Source: Schmidtea polychroa
Lineage: Eukaryota
NCBI GenBank assembly: GCA_044892525.1
Contig: CM097885.1
Span: forward strand, 1,426,001-1,488,000
DNA: 62,000 nucleotides
Direction of reading: 5' to 3'
This document shows, piece after piece, positions 10,401-18,502 of the stretch. The notes below the pieces were generated by a model, which worked only from the letters and a program-made list of their open reading frames with translations, ran no database searches and was not told where the DNA came from. Every line of letters begins with the position of its first letter. Within the stretch, counting starts at the first letter, position 1. The translations under genes were made by a program, and so were the position numbers.

Positions 10401-11797
10401 TCATGTTTAATAGCAGCAAGTTTTGAACTTGAATGATATAAACATCTTTTACAACATATGCCTCCACGAATGAGTGTGTTTCCTTTCATAAAACTTTGAA
10501 AATTCTTTATTAAGATATAATGAAGTTTTTTATCTAACATAGTGCCTCCGGACGCAGTGCTTTCTGCTTCTGGTTCTAATGAAATGCCTTCTTCTGCTTC
10601 TCTCCTCGGGTGAACGCTTTGAACCTCTTCACCATATTCTTCTCCATCAAAGTCTTCATCTGGTTTACCTTCTTCTAATATTAAAAGATCTACTTCTCTC
10701 TTTTCATCTGAGATTTCCATGTTAGAAATGTAAATAGGAATAATGTGTTTATAATTTTTATTTTTTCTAGTTTTTGTAATTTTGGTTGGAATGAATTGAT
10801 AAATATTAATTTTAAGATTATTTAATTTTTCAAATGCTGGAACATCTTCAATTTTCATTGGGTGGGAAAAATCTTTTGGATAAATTAATTCAGATTCATA
10901 TTCTTCATATTTTTGAACTCTCTGTGGGTTAGTTGCTTGAGGATGTAAGTGTGCAAGTATTGACCATTGAAAACATTTATTATCTTTATTCTGTACATTT
11001 ATAACATGGTTGGAGGTGAATGGTGTGTGAATAAAAGATTTAGGATTTGGTGGTGCGCCTCTCCAGTATTCAATCTCTATATTTTGAAAAGAGTGGAATC
11101 TTAAATTAGATTCTCCTAGTTCTTGTTCCACCTGTTCTTGTTTTTCTTCCAATTCTTTAGCTATATCATTAACAAGTTTATTTCCTGCTTTTGTAGAAAA
11201 TAAATATTTATATGAGGTTTCAATTTTTACATCTAGAGGCATTGCGATTGAATCATCTCCTCTCCAGTATTTTGCATTTCCTATAAATTTAACTTTTATA
11301 ACATTAAATCTTGATCTACCAAATTTTTTTATAGCATCATCCATTGATGATATTATTTTTTTTTTATTTTCTCTTATATATTGCATGATTGATCTGGGTC
11401 CTCGTTTTACTTCTACAATTACATCGGTGTGATTGAAGTTGTCCCAATTAAACTCTAGTTTTTCAGCTTTTTCAGTCATTGAGTTTGAATCAGAATCTTT
11501 TGCTTCAAGACCACAATCTTCTATGTGTCTTAAGTAAAAAGATTTTATCTTCATCTTTTTTCCACATGCTGAACATTCGAATATTTCTCTGTTTTTAGGA
11601 ACTCCAATACAATTTTTAAAATGCTTCTTATAACCTGAAAATAAATATCTATCCTTACATTTAGAACAGATTTTGGAATTAGTGTCATCTAGTGTGTTAG
11701 CTTTTATTAAATGGTCTTTTGATTTTTTATGAGATGTTAAAGCAGTTTTATTTTTAAAATTTTTTTCACAAATTTCACAATTGAAAATAGCTTCCAT
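7403..11797 (-). CDS. Protein-primed family B DNA polymerase (pPolB), intact, 1464 aa
   Basis: N-terminal zinc fingers, INVQNKDNKCF..HY vOTU-like region, Exo motifs YCDFE / FHNLFGYD / YLSLDV, CWMC..DHDH..YRGAAHKKCN endonuclease VII-like insert, KLLNNAVFG, DTDS. Confidence 0.96.
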   Translation of the reverse strand: MEAIFNCEICEKNFKNKTALTSHKKSKDHLIKANTLDDTNSKICSKCKDRYLFSGYKKHFKNCIGVPKNREIFECSACGKKMKIKSFYLRHIEDCGLEAKDSDSNSMTEKAEKLEFNWDNFNHTDVIVEVKRGPRSIMQYIRENKKKIISSMDDAIKKFGRSRFNVIKVKFIGNAKYWRGDDSIAMPLDVKIETSYKYLFSTKAGNKLVNDIAKELEEKQEQVEQELGESNLRFHSFQNIEIEYWRGAPPNPKSFIHTPFTSNHVINVQNKDNKCFQWSILAHLHPQATNPQRVQKYEEYESELIYPKDFSHPMKIEDVPAFEKLNNLKINIYQFIPTKITKTRKNKNYKHIIPIYISNMEISDEKREVDLLILEEGKPDEDFDGEEYGEEVQSVHPRREAEEGISLEPEAESTASGGTMLDKKLHYILIKNFQSFMKGNTLIRGGICCKRCLYHSSSKLAAIKHERLCCKNQPALIKMPHKKNANMRFKNYSNLLEALGVVYCDFEAINVKLRRTKTNTVKLTKQLPSAYKMFFKSNYPELVESREYSFRGTSDKETLDHFVKTLNNLEHELYIILKSNFPMNFSEEQEEEYKNATHCWMCKQEFDIQEEEDEEPKVADHDHFKRENNYRGAAHKKCNLNCKKPTHIPFIFHNLFGYDIHLFIKHLAANAKNSFKVIGLTKEKYKSIQYGCFKFLDSLNFLGMSLDGIAKTMNPEDFKYTKEHVLLKNNIPLEEYNTCLAKGIYPYDYIDSFEKYNELLPPQEDFFSVLTQSGISDQEYSRAVKMWNLFNCRNLGEYTDMYLSLDVYILADCFETFSKAFELKPYNYITAPSLAWDILLYTIWTDEDVAVRNKTIELLVELDMFNVYKHNIRGGISSVQGNREINANNFTTLYPKFFKDPDALYVEITNPEDRKEIMEGLSNPSEIMYIDATALYAGVMTQYLPIGKFTWKEPTEELIQEILKTPKDSQFGYVVECDLEYPNEIKSRTRYFPFAPVRRKISPEELSDWQIAQNRTPCIKLLCDQTDKTDYLYHYRLLQFYLSHGMVLKKVHSIIKFRQAPFMKKFIEGNILKRNAAKRAGNAFLDMIYKLLNNAVFGMTMENIDKYTRVELLTNTTKDLNKYNRIIGKPTFKNAEIFSSNLIAIEIKNSVKTYNKPIFIGFSILELSKLQMYETCYDVLVPHFGDRISMHAMDTDSMFLKGHSKDLKKEISENETLNKLINNSGELFTFKDEKPNTPISGGVFIRPKKYSLEMKDKPIMKEHTIKFIIGEGEGSVEIDHTFEYPSFPENPKSYKENKSKGIQKSVSKTFTHQEYKDSLNINYKNKIAKTHHLKSEKHNIYLEECNKIAITNYDDKRFILSDLKTTLPIGNDLIPIIKNLDKINEIYNLEITDLQLAKVEIQYPEILIPKPLYNQVQNIKPIELKYFNTDPEYIQGLTPEDFKSHKLMLKSITAEIIINQLRLV

Positions 11798-11957
11798 TTT
11801 TAAAAGAATTTTTTGATTGGATACGATGTTTTGGTTTTGATATTAATTTTTATTTTTTTTAAATCTAAAAGTGATCAGGCGACCTAGATCATTATGAATT
11901 AGGTAATCTGATATTCTTATAACATTAAATCCTTATAACATTAAATCCTTAAGACCA

Positions 11958-12203
11958 AGTAGTGAGGAATCTATGCACCCCGTTACCTTTTCTCGGAATT
12001 ACTAATCTATAAATACATCTATTCCGAACTTTTTACTTTTAAGGGAAGAAATTAAGGGTTAATGGCAATAGGGGACAAAGTTTAAAAGTTAAAAAAAGTG
12101 AAGAATATGGGGTAAAAAAGCATATAAATGTGGAAAATATGGGTCAATAGCGCTGTTTTTTTTTGAGGGTGGGGGTGCTGGGGTGCATAGATTCCTCACT
12201 ACT
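11958..12203. repeat. Perfect 24-bp inverted repeat of the Polinton terminus (11958-11981 / 12180-12203)
   Basis: AGTAGTGAGGAATCTATGCACCCC and its exact reverse complement. Confidence 0.95.
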
Positions 12204-12570
12204 AGCATCTAAGAAATCTGTAAAAATTGCAAAACCTAAATATAAAGTAGGTGACCATGTTAGAATTAGTAAAATTAGTGCATCACCATTTATTAAAAAT
12301 TTTGATACAAATTGGAGTGATGAAGTCTTTGTAATTTCAAAAATAAATACTAAACAGAATCCTGTAATGTATGTCATCAAAGACAATGATAATAATATTG
12401 TACAAGGGAAATTTTATGAGCAGGAATTACAAGTCATTCCTCCCCCAAAAGTATTTAGAATTCAAAAAATATTGAAAACTAAAAAGGTCGGTAAGGATAA
12501 ACAATACTATGTCAAATGGCATGGTTATCAAAACCCGTCATGGATATCAGCAAAAGACCTAGTAAAGTGA
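12204..12570 (+). pseudogene. C-terminal part of integrase with chromodomain (element B)
   Basis: PKYKVGDHVRISK..NWSDEVF..GKFYEQELQ, then chromodomain FRIQKILK..YYVKWHGY..SWI. The track ORF's N-terminus is read-through from A's terminus. Confidence 0.9.
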
Positions 12571-13583
12571 ATTTTTATACTATTTTGCCGAGCAATAGTT
12601 GTCCATTAATTCATCCAGAAAATCAAGCAAGCAAATTCATCATCGAACTCCAAAACCCCATCTATTTGGATAATGACTGGGAAGTTGCTCTGTTGGATTT
12701 TACATTTGTATACAATTTATTCCCAATCTATAGCAAATCCGTTATTGAATATAATAAGAAAGTAGCAGTAACGGAATATATTAATGTTCTTATTGATAAA
12801 GATAGTTATAACTTGACGAGTTCATCGAAATCAAGGAAACCTATAATTTATGATGATGGTCAATATTTATACATGAATTGCTTGAATAAGCCGTTCGAAA
12901 TTTTATTTTCTACAATAGCTGATGCTAAACGTCTTGGATTTACTGATTTACGTAATGTATTTAATGATACAGTCAAAATAAATCTCTCTACACTTCCAAA
13001 AACTAATAATTTAGTGGAATTCAAATTTAAGCTATCATACATTGAAATAACTGAGCATGCATATACTTTTAAAGATAATTTATATATTACAGACCTCGAA
13101 CAATTACAAACTTATTTCGCTGACAATTGTAGCGAGATTTTAACAGTTTTTGAGCTTCAAAAAGATTACGTATTTAGAATTAGTATAAATTCTAATCTTA
13201 GTCAAGTTAAATTTGACTCAAATTTGACAAAAACATTAGGATTGACTAAACCAATATGTACACAATATGAACAAATTTGTGAAGGAACAAACAAACCGAA
13301 AATCCTTAAACATCATCAGCAAATGTTCATTTACAGTAATATTGTGGAACCAGTTATTGATGGCGATTCTAGTGTTCCTTTAATGAAATCTATATGGATT
13401 GAAAAACATGATCAAGATGAAGTTGTACAAATCAATGTAGAAAATCCCATGTATCTACCTGTTTCAACATCTTGTATAAACAATATAGAAATAAATATAA
13501 GAGATGATTCTGGTCAATTAATCGAATTTCCAAAAGGTTCAAAAACTCATTTAACATTACATTTTCGTAAAATAAATGGCTAA
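12516..13583 (+). CDS. Minor capsid protein (penton) of element B
   Basis: FYTILPSNS..PENQASKF..WEVAL N-terminus; MFIYSNIVEP..GDSSVPL..NPMYLPV..IEINIRDDSG..LTLHFRK C-terminus. The true start may be GTG 12567 overlapping the integrase stop. Confidence 0.88.
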   Translation: MAWLSKPVMDISKRPSKVNFYTILPSNSCPLIHPENQASKFIIELQNPIYLDNDWEVALLDFTFVYNLFPIYSKSVIEYNKKVAVTEYINVLIDKDSYNLTSSSKSRKPIIYDDGQYLYMNCLNKPFEILFSTIADAKRLGFTDLRNVFNDTVKINLSTLPKTNNLVEFKFKLSYIEITEHAYTFKDNLYITDLEQLQTYFADNCSEILTVFELQKDYVFRISINSNLSQVKFDSNLTKTLGLTKPICTQYEQICEGTNKPKILKHHQQMFIYSNIVEPVIDGDSSVPLMKSIWIEKHDQDEVVQINVENPMYLPVSTSCINNIEINIRDDSGQLIEFPKGSKTHLTLHFRKING

Positions 13584-13950
13584 TTCTGATATTATTAGTA
13601 TGTATAGTGGTAGCCAATCTGGTGGTGAATTACCATATTTTATTGGTAAACAGTACGGATCAGGATGGTTGAGAACAATTGGTAGATTTGCCCTGCCTAT
13701 TCTTAAACGTATTGGTAGTTTTGGTATGAAAACTGCAAAAGATGTTATTATGAATGAACAGAAAATATTACCATCTCTAAAAACAAATGCTTTAGCAGAA
13801 TTAGGGAAGGTTTTACCCGGGGTTGCAGGTATGTTTCAAAAAGAGAAACCTCCAGCTCCAGCTCCATCTCATGCTCCAAAACGTAAAAGACATGGAATAT
13901 CACGTATAAACAAACGAATGAAAGGACATGGAACTATATTTGCAAAATGA
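13576..13950 (+). CDS. Small core/membrane-active virion protein
   Basis: QSGG and QYGSG adenain-type sites, amphipathic WLRTIGRFALPILKRIG helix, basic C-terminus. Confidence 0.7.
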   Translation: MANSDIISMYSGSQSGGELPYFIGKQYGSGWLRTIGRFALPILKRIGSFGMKTAKDVIMNEQKILPSLKTNALAELGKVLPGVAGMFQKEKPPAPAPSHAPKRKRHGISRINKRMKGHGTIFAK

Positions 13951-15167
13951 TTTGTGGTAAATCTGAATTATGTATATTTGATAGACCGTCGCCCCAGGCT
14001 GTAATAGAATTTGGGGCATTTGAGGAAGTTTTTCCTATGAATTCAATTACCGATAGTAGAAATGATATTGAGTTTTATATTAATGGTTCGCAAACCGAAT
14101 ATTTAGATTTGAACGATACTTTATTGACTGTTCAGATTAAGGTTGTAGATAAAGATAGAAAAGCTTTGGATGCCAATGCAGATGTAATACCGAACAATTT
14201 CCTGTTTCATACTCTTTTTAAAGATGCAGTGTTGGGATTTAATAATATCAAGATTGAGGGCGGAAATAATACATTCATTCACAAGGCATTAATAGAAACT
14301 ATTTTAAATTACAATTCCGATACTAAAAATACATGTCTTACTCCTATGGGTTATGGCAGTGATGATGAAAGAAAAAAGTGGGTAAAAGGCTCAAAGGTTT
14401 TCACCATGTGCTCATCATTACAACTTGATTTTATGGATCAACCGAAATATTTACTAACGGGAGTTAATGTACATATTAGACTGAAAAGGTCTGATTCTGC
14501 ATTATCTCTTACTAGTGCAACTACTACGCCAATATGTCAATTAGTTGATGCAAAATTATTGGTGAGAAGAGTTCGAGTAGACCCCTCAGTATTAGCAGGT
14601 CATCAATTAGGTCTTAATTCAAAACATGCAATTTATCCATTAAAAACAAAGGAAATTGTAAAATTTGCTATTGCTAAAGGTGCTTCATCATTCTATAAAG
14701 AACAAATATTTGGTGACAGAAGAATGCCTAATTTTATTCTGATAACATTTCAAAGTGAAGCACAATATAATGGATCATATACTGCGTCCAGCTCAATTTT
14801 CAAAAACTTTAATGTTACATCATTGACTTTGTCGAAAAATACTGATTATAGAGAAACATATATTCAAGATTTCGAGAATGACAATTACTGTGCGACATAT
14901 ATGCAGAGTATTGTTAGAAATCTGGGTTATTTAGATAAAAATTTGAATTGCGGAATAACTCTAGAAGATTTTAAAAGCAAATACCCATTTTTTACATTTG
15001 TTTTAGCCCCTGATTTTGATTTAAATCAAAGTCAATTACCTCAAAATGGAAATTTACGACTGGATATAAAGTTTGCAAAAGCTATTACTGAACCAGTACA
15101 TGTTATAATATATGGAGTATTTGAAAATGAAGTTCAAATTACTGCAAATAGAACTGTGTTGGTATAA
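13947..15167 (+). CDS. Major capsid protein (double jelly-roll) of element B
   Basis: KSELCIF..PQ..IE N-terminus, YLDLNDTLL, FMDQPKYLLTGVNVHIRL, GNLRLDIKF. Confidence 0.92.
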   Translation: MICGKSELCIFDRPSPQAVIEFGAFEEVFPMNSITDSRNDIEFYINGSQTEYLDLNDTLLTVQIKVVDKDRKALDANADVIPNNFLFHTLFKDAVLGFNNIKIEGGNNTFIHKALIETILNYNSDTKNTCLTPMGYGSDDERKKWVKGSKVFTMCSSLQLDFMDQPKYLLTGVNVHIRLKRSDSALSLTSATTTPICQLVDAKLLVRRVRVDPSVLAGHQLGLNSKHAIYPLKTKEIVKFAIAKGASSFYKEQIFGDRRMPNFILITFQSEAQYNGSYTASSSIFKNFNVTSLTLSKNTDYRETYIQDFENDNYCATYMQSIVRNLGYLDKNLNCGITLEDFKSKYPFFTFVLAPDFDLNQSQLPQNGNLRLDIKFAKAITEPVHVIIYGVFENEVQITANRTVLV

Positions 15168-15194
15168 ATGTATATTGAAACATAAAAAGTTGTC

Positions 15195-15579
15195 ATGAAG
15201 TAAGTTGTTTTTTATACTCTGGGTTTATTTAAGTAGTTCTGTTCAGGTCAATAAAATCGGAAAACAGATATTGGGAAATGAATTTGTTGGAGTTTTTCCT
15301 CTTGATAAAATTCCATATTTGAGCAATAATCAAGCAATAATCGTCAATACTCAATCGTCTCATCTTGGTGGAGAACATTGGATAGCTATATATGTGAAAC
15401 CTGGTAATATATTCGTGTTCGATCCTATGGGATATTATTACGCGGCTTTGTTGATATCAAAACTACAAACAATGGGGAAACCTATTGTGTATAATAAAAC
15501 TATGTTTCAAAATCCCTTGACCCAAACATGTGGTCAACATTGTTTAGCTTGGTTATTGTACAAAAAATTTGATGTTTAA
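15195..15579 (+). CDS. Adenain-like protease of element B (likely 34-nt intron 15200-15233)
   Basis: GEHWIA, FDPMG, FQ..TCGQHC. ATG AA|gtaagt...tttaag|T gives MNSSVQVNKIG in frame. Confidence 0.88.
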
Positions 15580-15609
15580 TAAATTTGATGTTTAATAAAT
15601 GTATCCTTT

Positions 15610-15682
15610 CCTTTGTTGTTGTGATTATTATTAATATTATTATTATTATTATTATTGTGATTATTATTAATATTATTATTAA

Positions 15683-15749
<67 letters not shown>

Positions 15750-15800
15750 ATTATTTTGAAAAATATTATTATTTTTAATTAATTTTATTATTATTTACAT
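15610..15800. repeat. (ATT)n microsatellite
   Basis: Long ATT run. Confidence 0.95.
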
Positions 15801-15924
15801 AAATATTATTAATTCTACATAAAGACCACCTTTGCTTGAAGCATGCACAGTGCAAGTTAACAAAGGCATGACTAACAAAGGCAGTCACATGTAATTTCTG
15901 AGTGATTTACGTTACATACATGCA

Positions 15925-16040
15925 TGCGTGTGATTGGTTGAGTTAGTAAAATATTCAGTGTATAATATACACTGTATATGTATGTGTGTCTATATTCTCA
16001 TTGGTTGGGACAGGAAAATATTCATTCTCTTTATAAACAT
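15925..16040 (+). promoter_or_regulatory. Putative Pol II promoter of the spliced pPolB gene
   Basis: Two inverted CCAAT boxes (ATTGG at ~15933 and ~16000) and TATAAA at ~16032, upstream of ATG 16116. Confidence 0.45.
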
Positions 16041-16748
16041 TGACAAATCTAAAATTTGTCCCAATTATTTTCAAATTTTAAAAATTCAATTTTGAAATCA
16101 AATTACCTATCTACTATGCAAAATAACAATAATAATAATATTTTAAGGAATCTGTTGACGAGTAGTAATTTATTTTATTTTATTTTATTTTATTTTATTT
16201 TAGATGTTTTCGATTGGTATGAAGTGACGGAGAATGATTCTATCTTAAATGTGGATAATATATTCGGTAAGTTTATTATTTTAATTTTTATTAAATTAAT
16301 TTTCTTTAGAACCTATCATTATTAGCGATGATGACGACGATGATGTCGTTTTTATGGGAGAAACGAATGCCCCGGTTAATGATGTTGGGCAAAACAAGGT
16401 TTTGAAAGAAAAAAGTAAATTTATTTTATTTTATTATTTTATTATTAAAAAAAAAACATTTTAGTATTTAATGTCGACATTGACGCATCTGATGAAGATA
16501 ATGCCCTAGCTTATGTTGAGGAGGTCGCTGATATAAATAATGTGGATAATACCCTCAATTCTGATGAGGAGATTGCTGATATAAATAATGTCGATAATAC
16601 CCTCAATTCTGATGAGGAGGTTGCTGATATAAATAATACCCTCAGTTCTGTTGAGGAGGTTGCTGTGGACTCAGATTCCGATATAGAATCAGAATGTAAG
16701 ATTTATTTATTTTTATATATATATATTTTTTTTTATACTAATTAATTA

Positions 16749-17095
16749 AATTTCGTAATCACTTTTTTAAAATATTTCTTAAAACTTTCTTAAATATTTT
16801 GATAAAAATTATGACGAAAATTTAAGAAGAAAATATAAATGATTTATGAAGAAAATGATGATGACGATGAAAATAATTTATGAAGAAAATGAAAATGATT
16901 TATGATGAAAATGAAAATGATTTATGACGAAAATGATTTATGACCAAAATGATTTATGACCAAAATTATGATGAAAATTATTTATGACAAAAAATATGAA
17001 GAAAATGATTTATGACCAAAATTATGATGAAAATGATTTATGAAGATTATATCTGAAATTATTATGAAAATATTTAAAAAAGTGATTACGAAATT
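16749..17095. mobile_element. Small foldback/MITE-like unit with 23-bp TIRs and internal GAAAATGATTTATGA repeats
   Basis: AATTTCGTAATCACTTTTTTAAA (16749-16771) and its exact reverse complement (17073-17095); no clear TSD. Confidence 0.6.
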
Positions 17096-17173
17096 ATAGT
17101 TATAAAATAAATCCTTGTAGTTTGCAATGTCATCTACAATAGTTAAAATAATAATAATATTAATAATAATAAT

Positions 17174-17237
<64 letters not shown>

Positions 17238-17305
17238 TAGTCTACAGTAAGCATGTAGCTACATAGTAGTCTGTAGTGAGCATGCAGCTACTTCTCTTTA
17301 ATATA

Positions 17306-17378
<73 letters not shown>

Positions 17379-17395
17379 TAAATAATATGGCCCTT

Positions 17396-18502
17396 CTACT
17401 GTAGTCTACAGTAAGCAGTAATTTTTAATCTATGAAAGTCCCACACGTGCTTAAAGATTTTTTTACGATTATGGACAGAAATAGGTGACTGTCTTTGAAG
17501 AGGCGAGGAAATAAGGAAAAGAGGGTATTTAAAAGTATGATATTTAAACAAATTAGGATTATTATTAAAAATGGCCATTTTATTATTTAAAATAAATTCT
17601 AGAATGTTAATTGTAATATTATTAATTAATACACTAGAAAATCGATTATTTTTTGGGACTTCTGTGTATTTATCGTTATAATAATTAATAATTTTTTTAA
17701 TAATAAAATTAATTTTTTTAGCAAAGAATTTTTTATTTTTTTTAGTAACCTGATCTTGGTCAGCTAAGTTTTTATTAGAATTTTCATCAAAAGAGTTGCA
17801 GTTGTTATTAGGGGTATTGGAGTTGGGTATATAAGTAAATCTATTGTTTTTAGGGGTAGATTTATAATTAATAGTAGATTTATAGTTAGGGGTAGGTTTA
17901 TTATAATTATAATTAGATTTAATATAATTAGGAACATTATAAGGAGAAACATTATTATTATATAGATCATTTGACTTATTTATGATATTGAATTGGTAAT
18001 TATTATTATAAATCATATCAGAATTACCATTTTTTTCCCTGATATGTATCCTCCGAGCTGGACAAAAGGACTTCATTTGTTCGTCATCGATTTCATCACT
18101 GGAACATAAGGGCTTGAGTGCATATTTATCAACTATCGGAGTAAGGTTTTCAGGCATAAAGGTTCCTTCAGAAGTTATTTCTGCATATGTTCTTCTATTT
18201 GGAGATAAAGGATTAGTTTCATTGTTTCTTTTCTTAAGGTAGATCTTCCTGGCAGGTCAATAGGATCGCATTTTATCAATCTTCCAGTTGTCTGATGTCC
18301 TGGATGTTTCTGATTCATTTTTATGAGAGTTGGCATAGGATGTCTGAAGATTTGAAACAATATGAGTGGCATTGGCATAGGCATGTTCGTAGTTCGGTAG
18401 ATGTGGATCCTGGTGATGAGGATAGGTGTACGACTTGGAATGTTTTGAGTTGGGTGTCGATTGATTTGGATATTTATCATTTCCATTATTTATCATTTCC
18501 AT
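17396..18502 (-). pseudogene. 369-codon antisense ORF inside pPolB intron 4, with one internal TGA
   Basis: ORFs 18257..18502 and 17396..18157 share one frame, joined across the TGA at 18257-18259; internal repeat MRSY*PARKIYL / MKSFCPARRIHI. Confidence 0.55.

Larger units (their letters stand above)
1..12203. mobile_element. Polinton/Maverick (adintovirus-like) element A; left part lies outside the window
   Basis: Carries MCP tail, rve integrase, A32-like ATPase, adenain, penton and pPolB. Ends ...GGGGTGCATAGATTCCTCACTACT at 12203, the reverse complement of an AGTAGT Polinton terminus. Confidence 0.93.

Noticed and set aside
18257..18259. Selenocysteine recoding of the TGA aligned with Cys
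   Set aside because: No SECIS identified, and the element carries other nonsense mutations; a TGY-to-TGA change is simpler.
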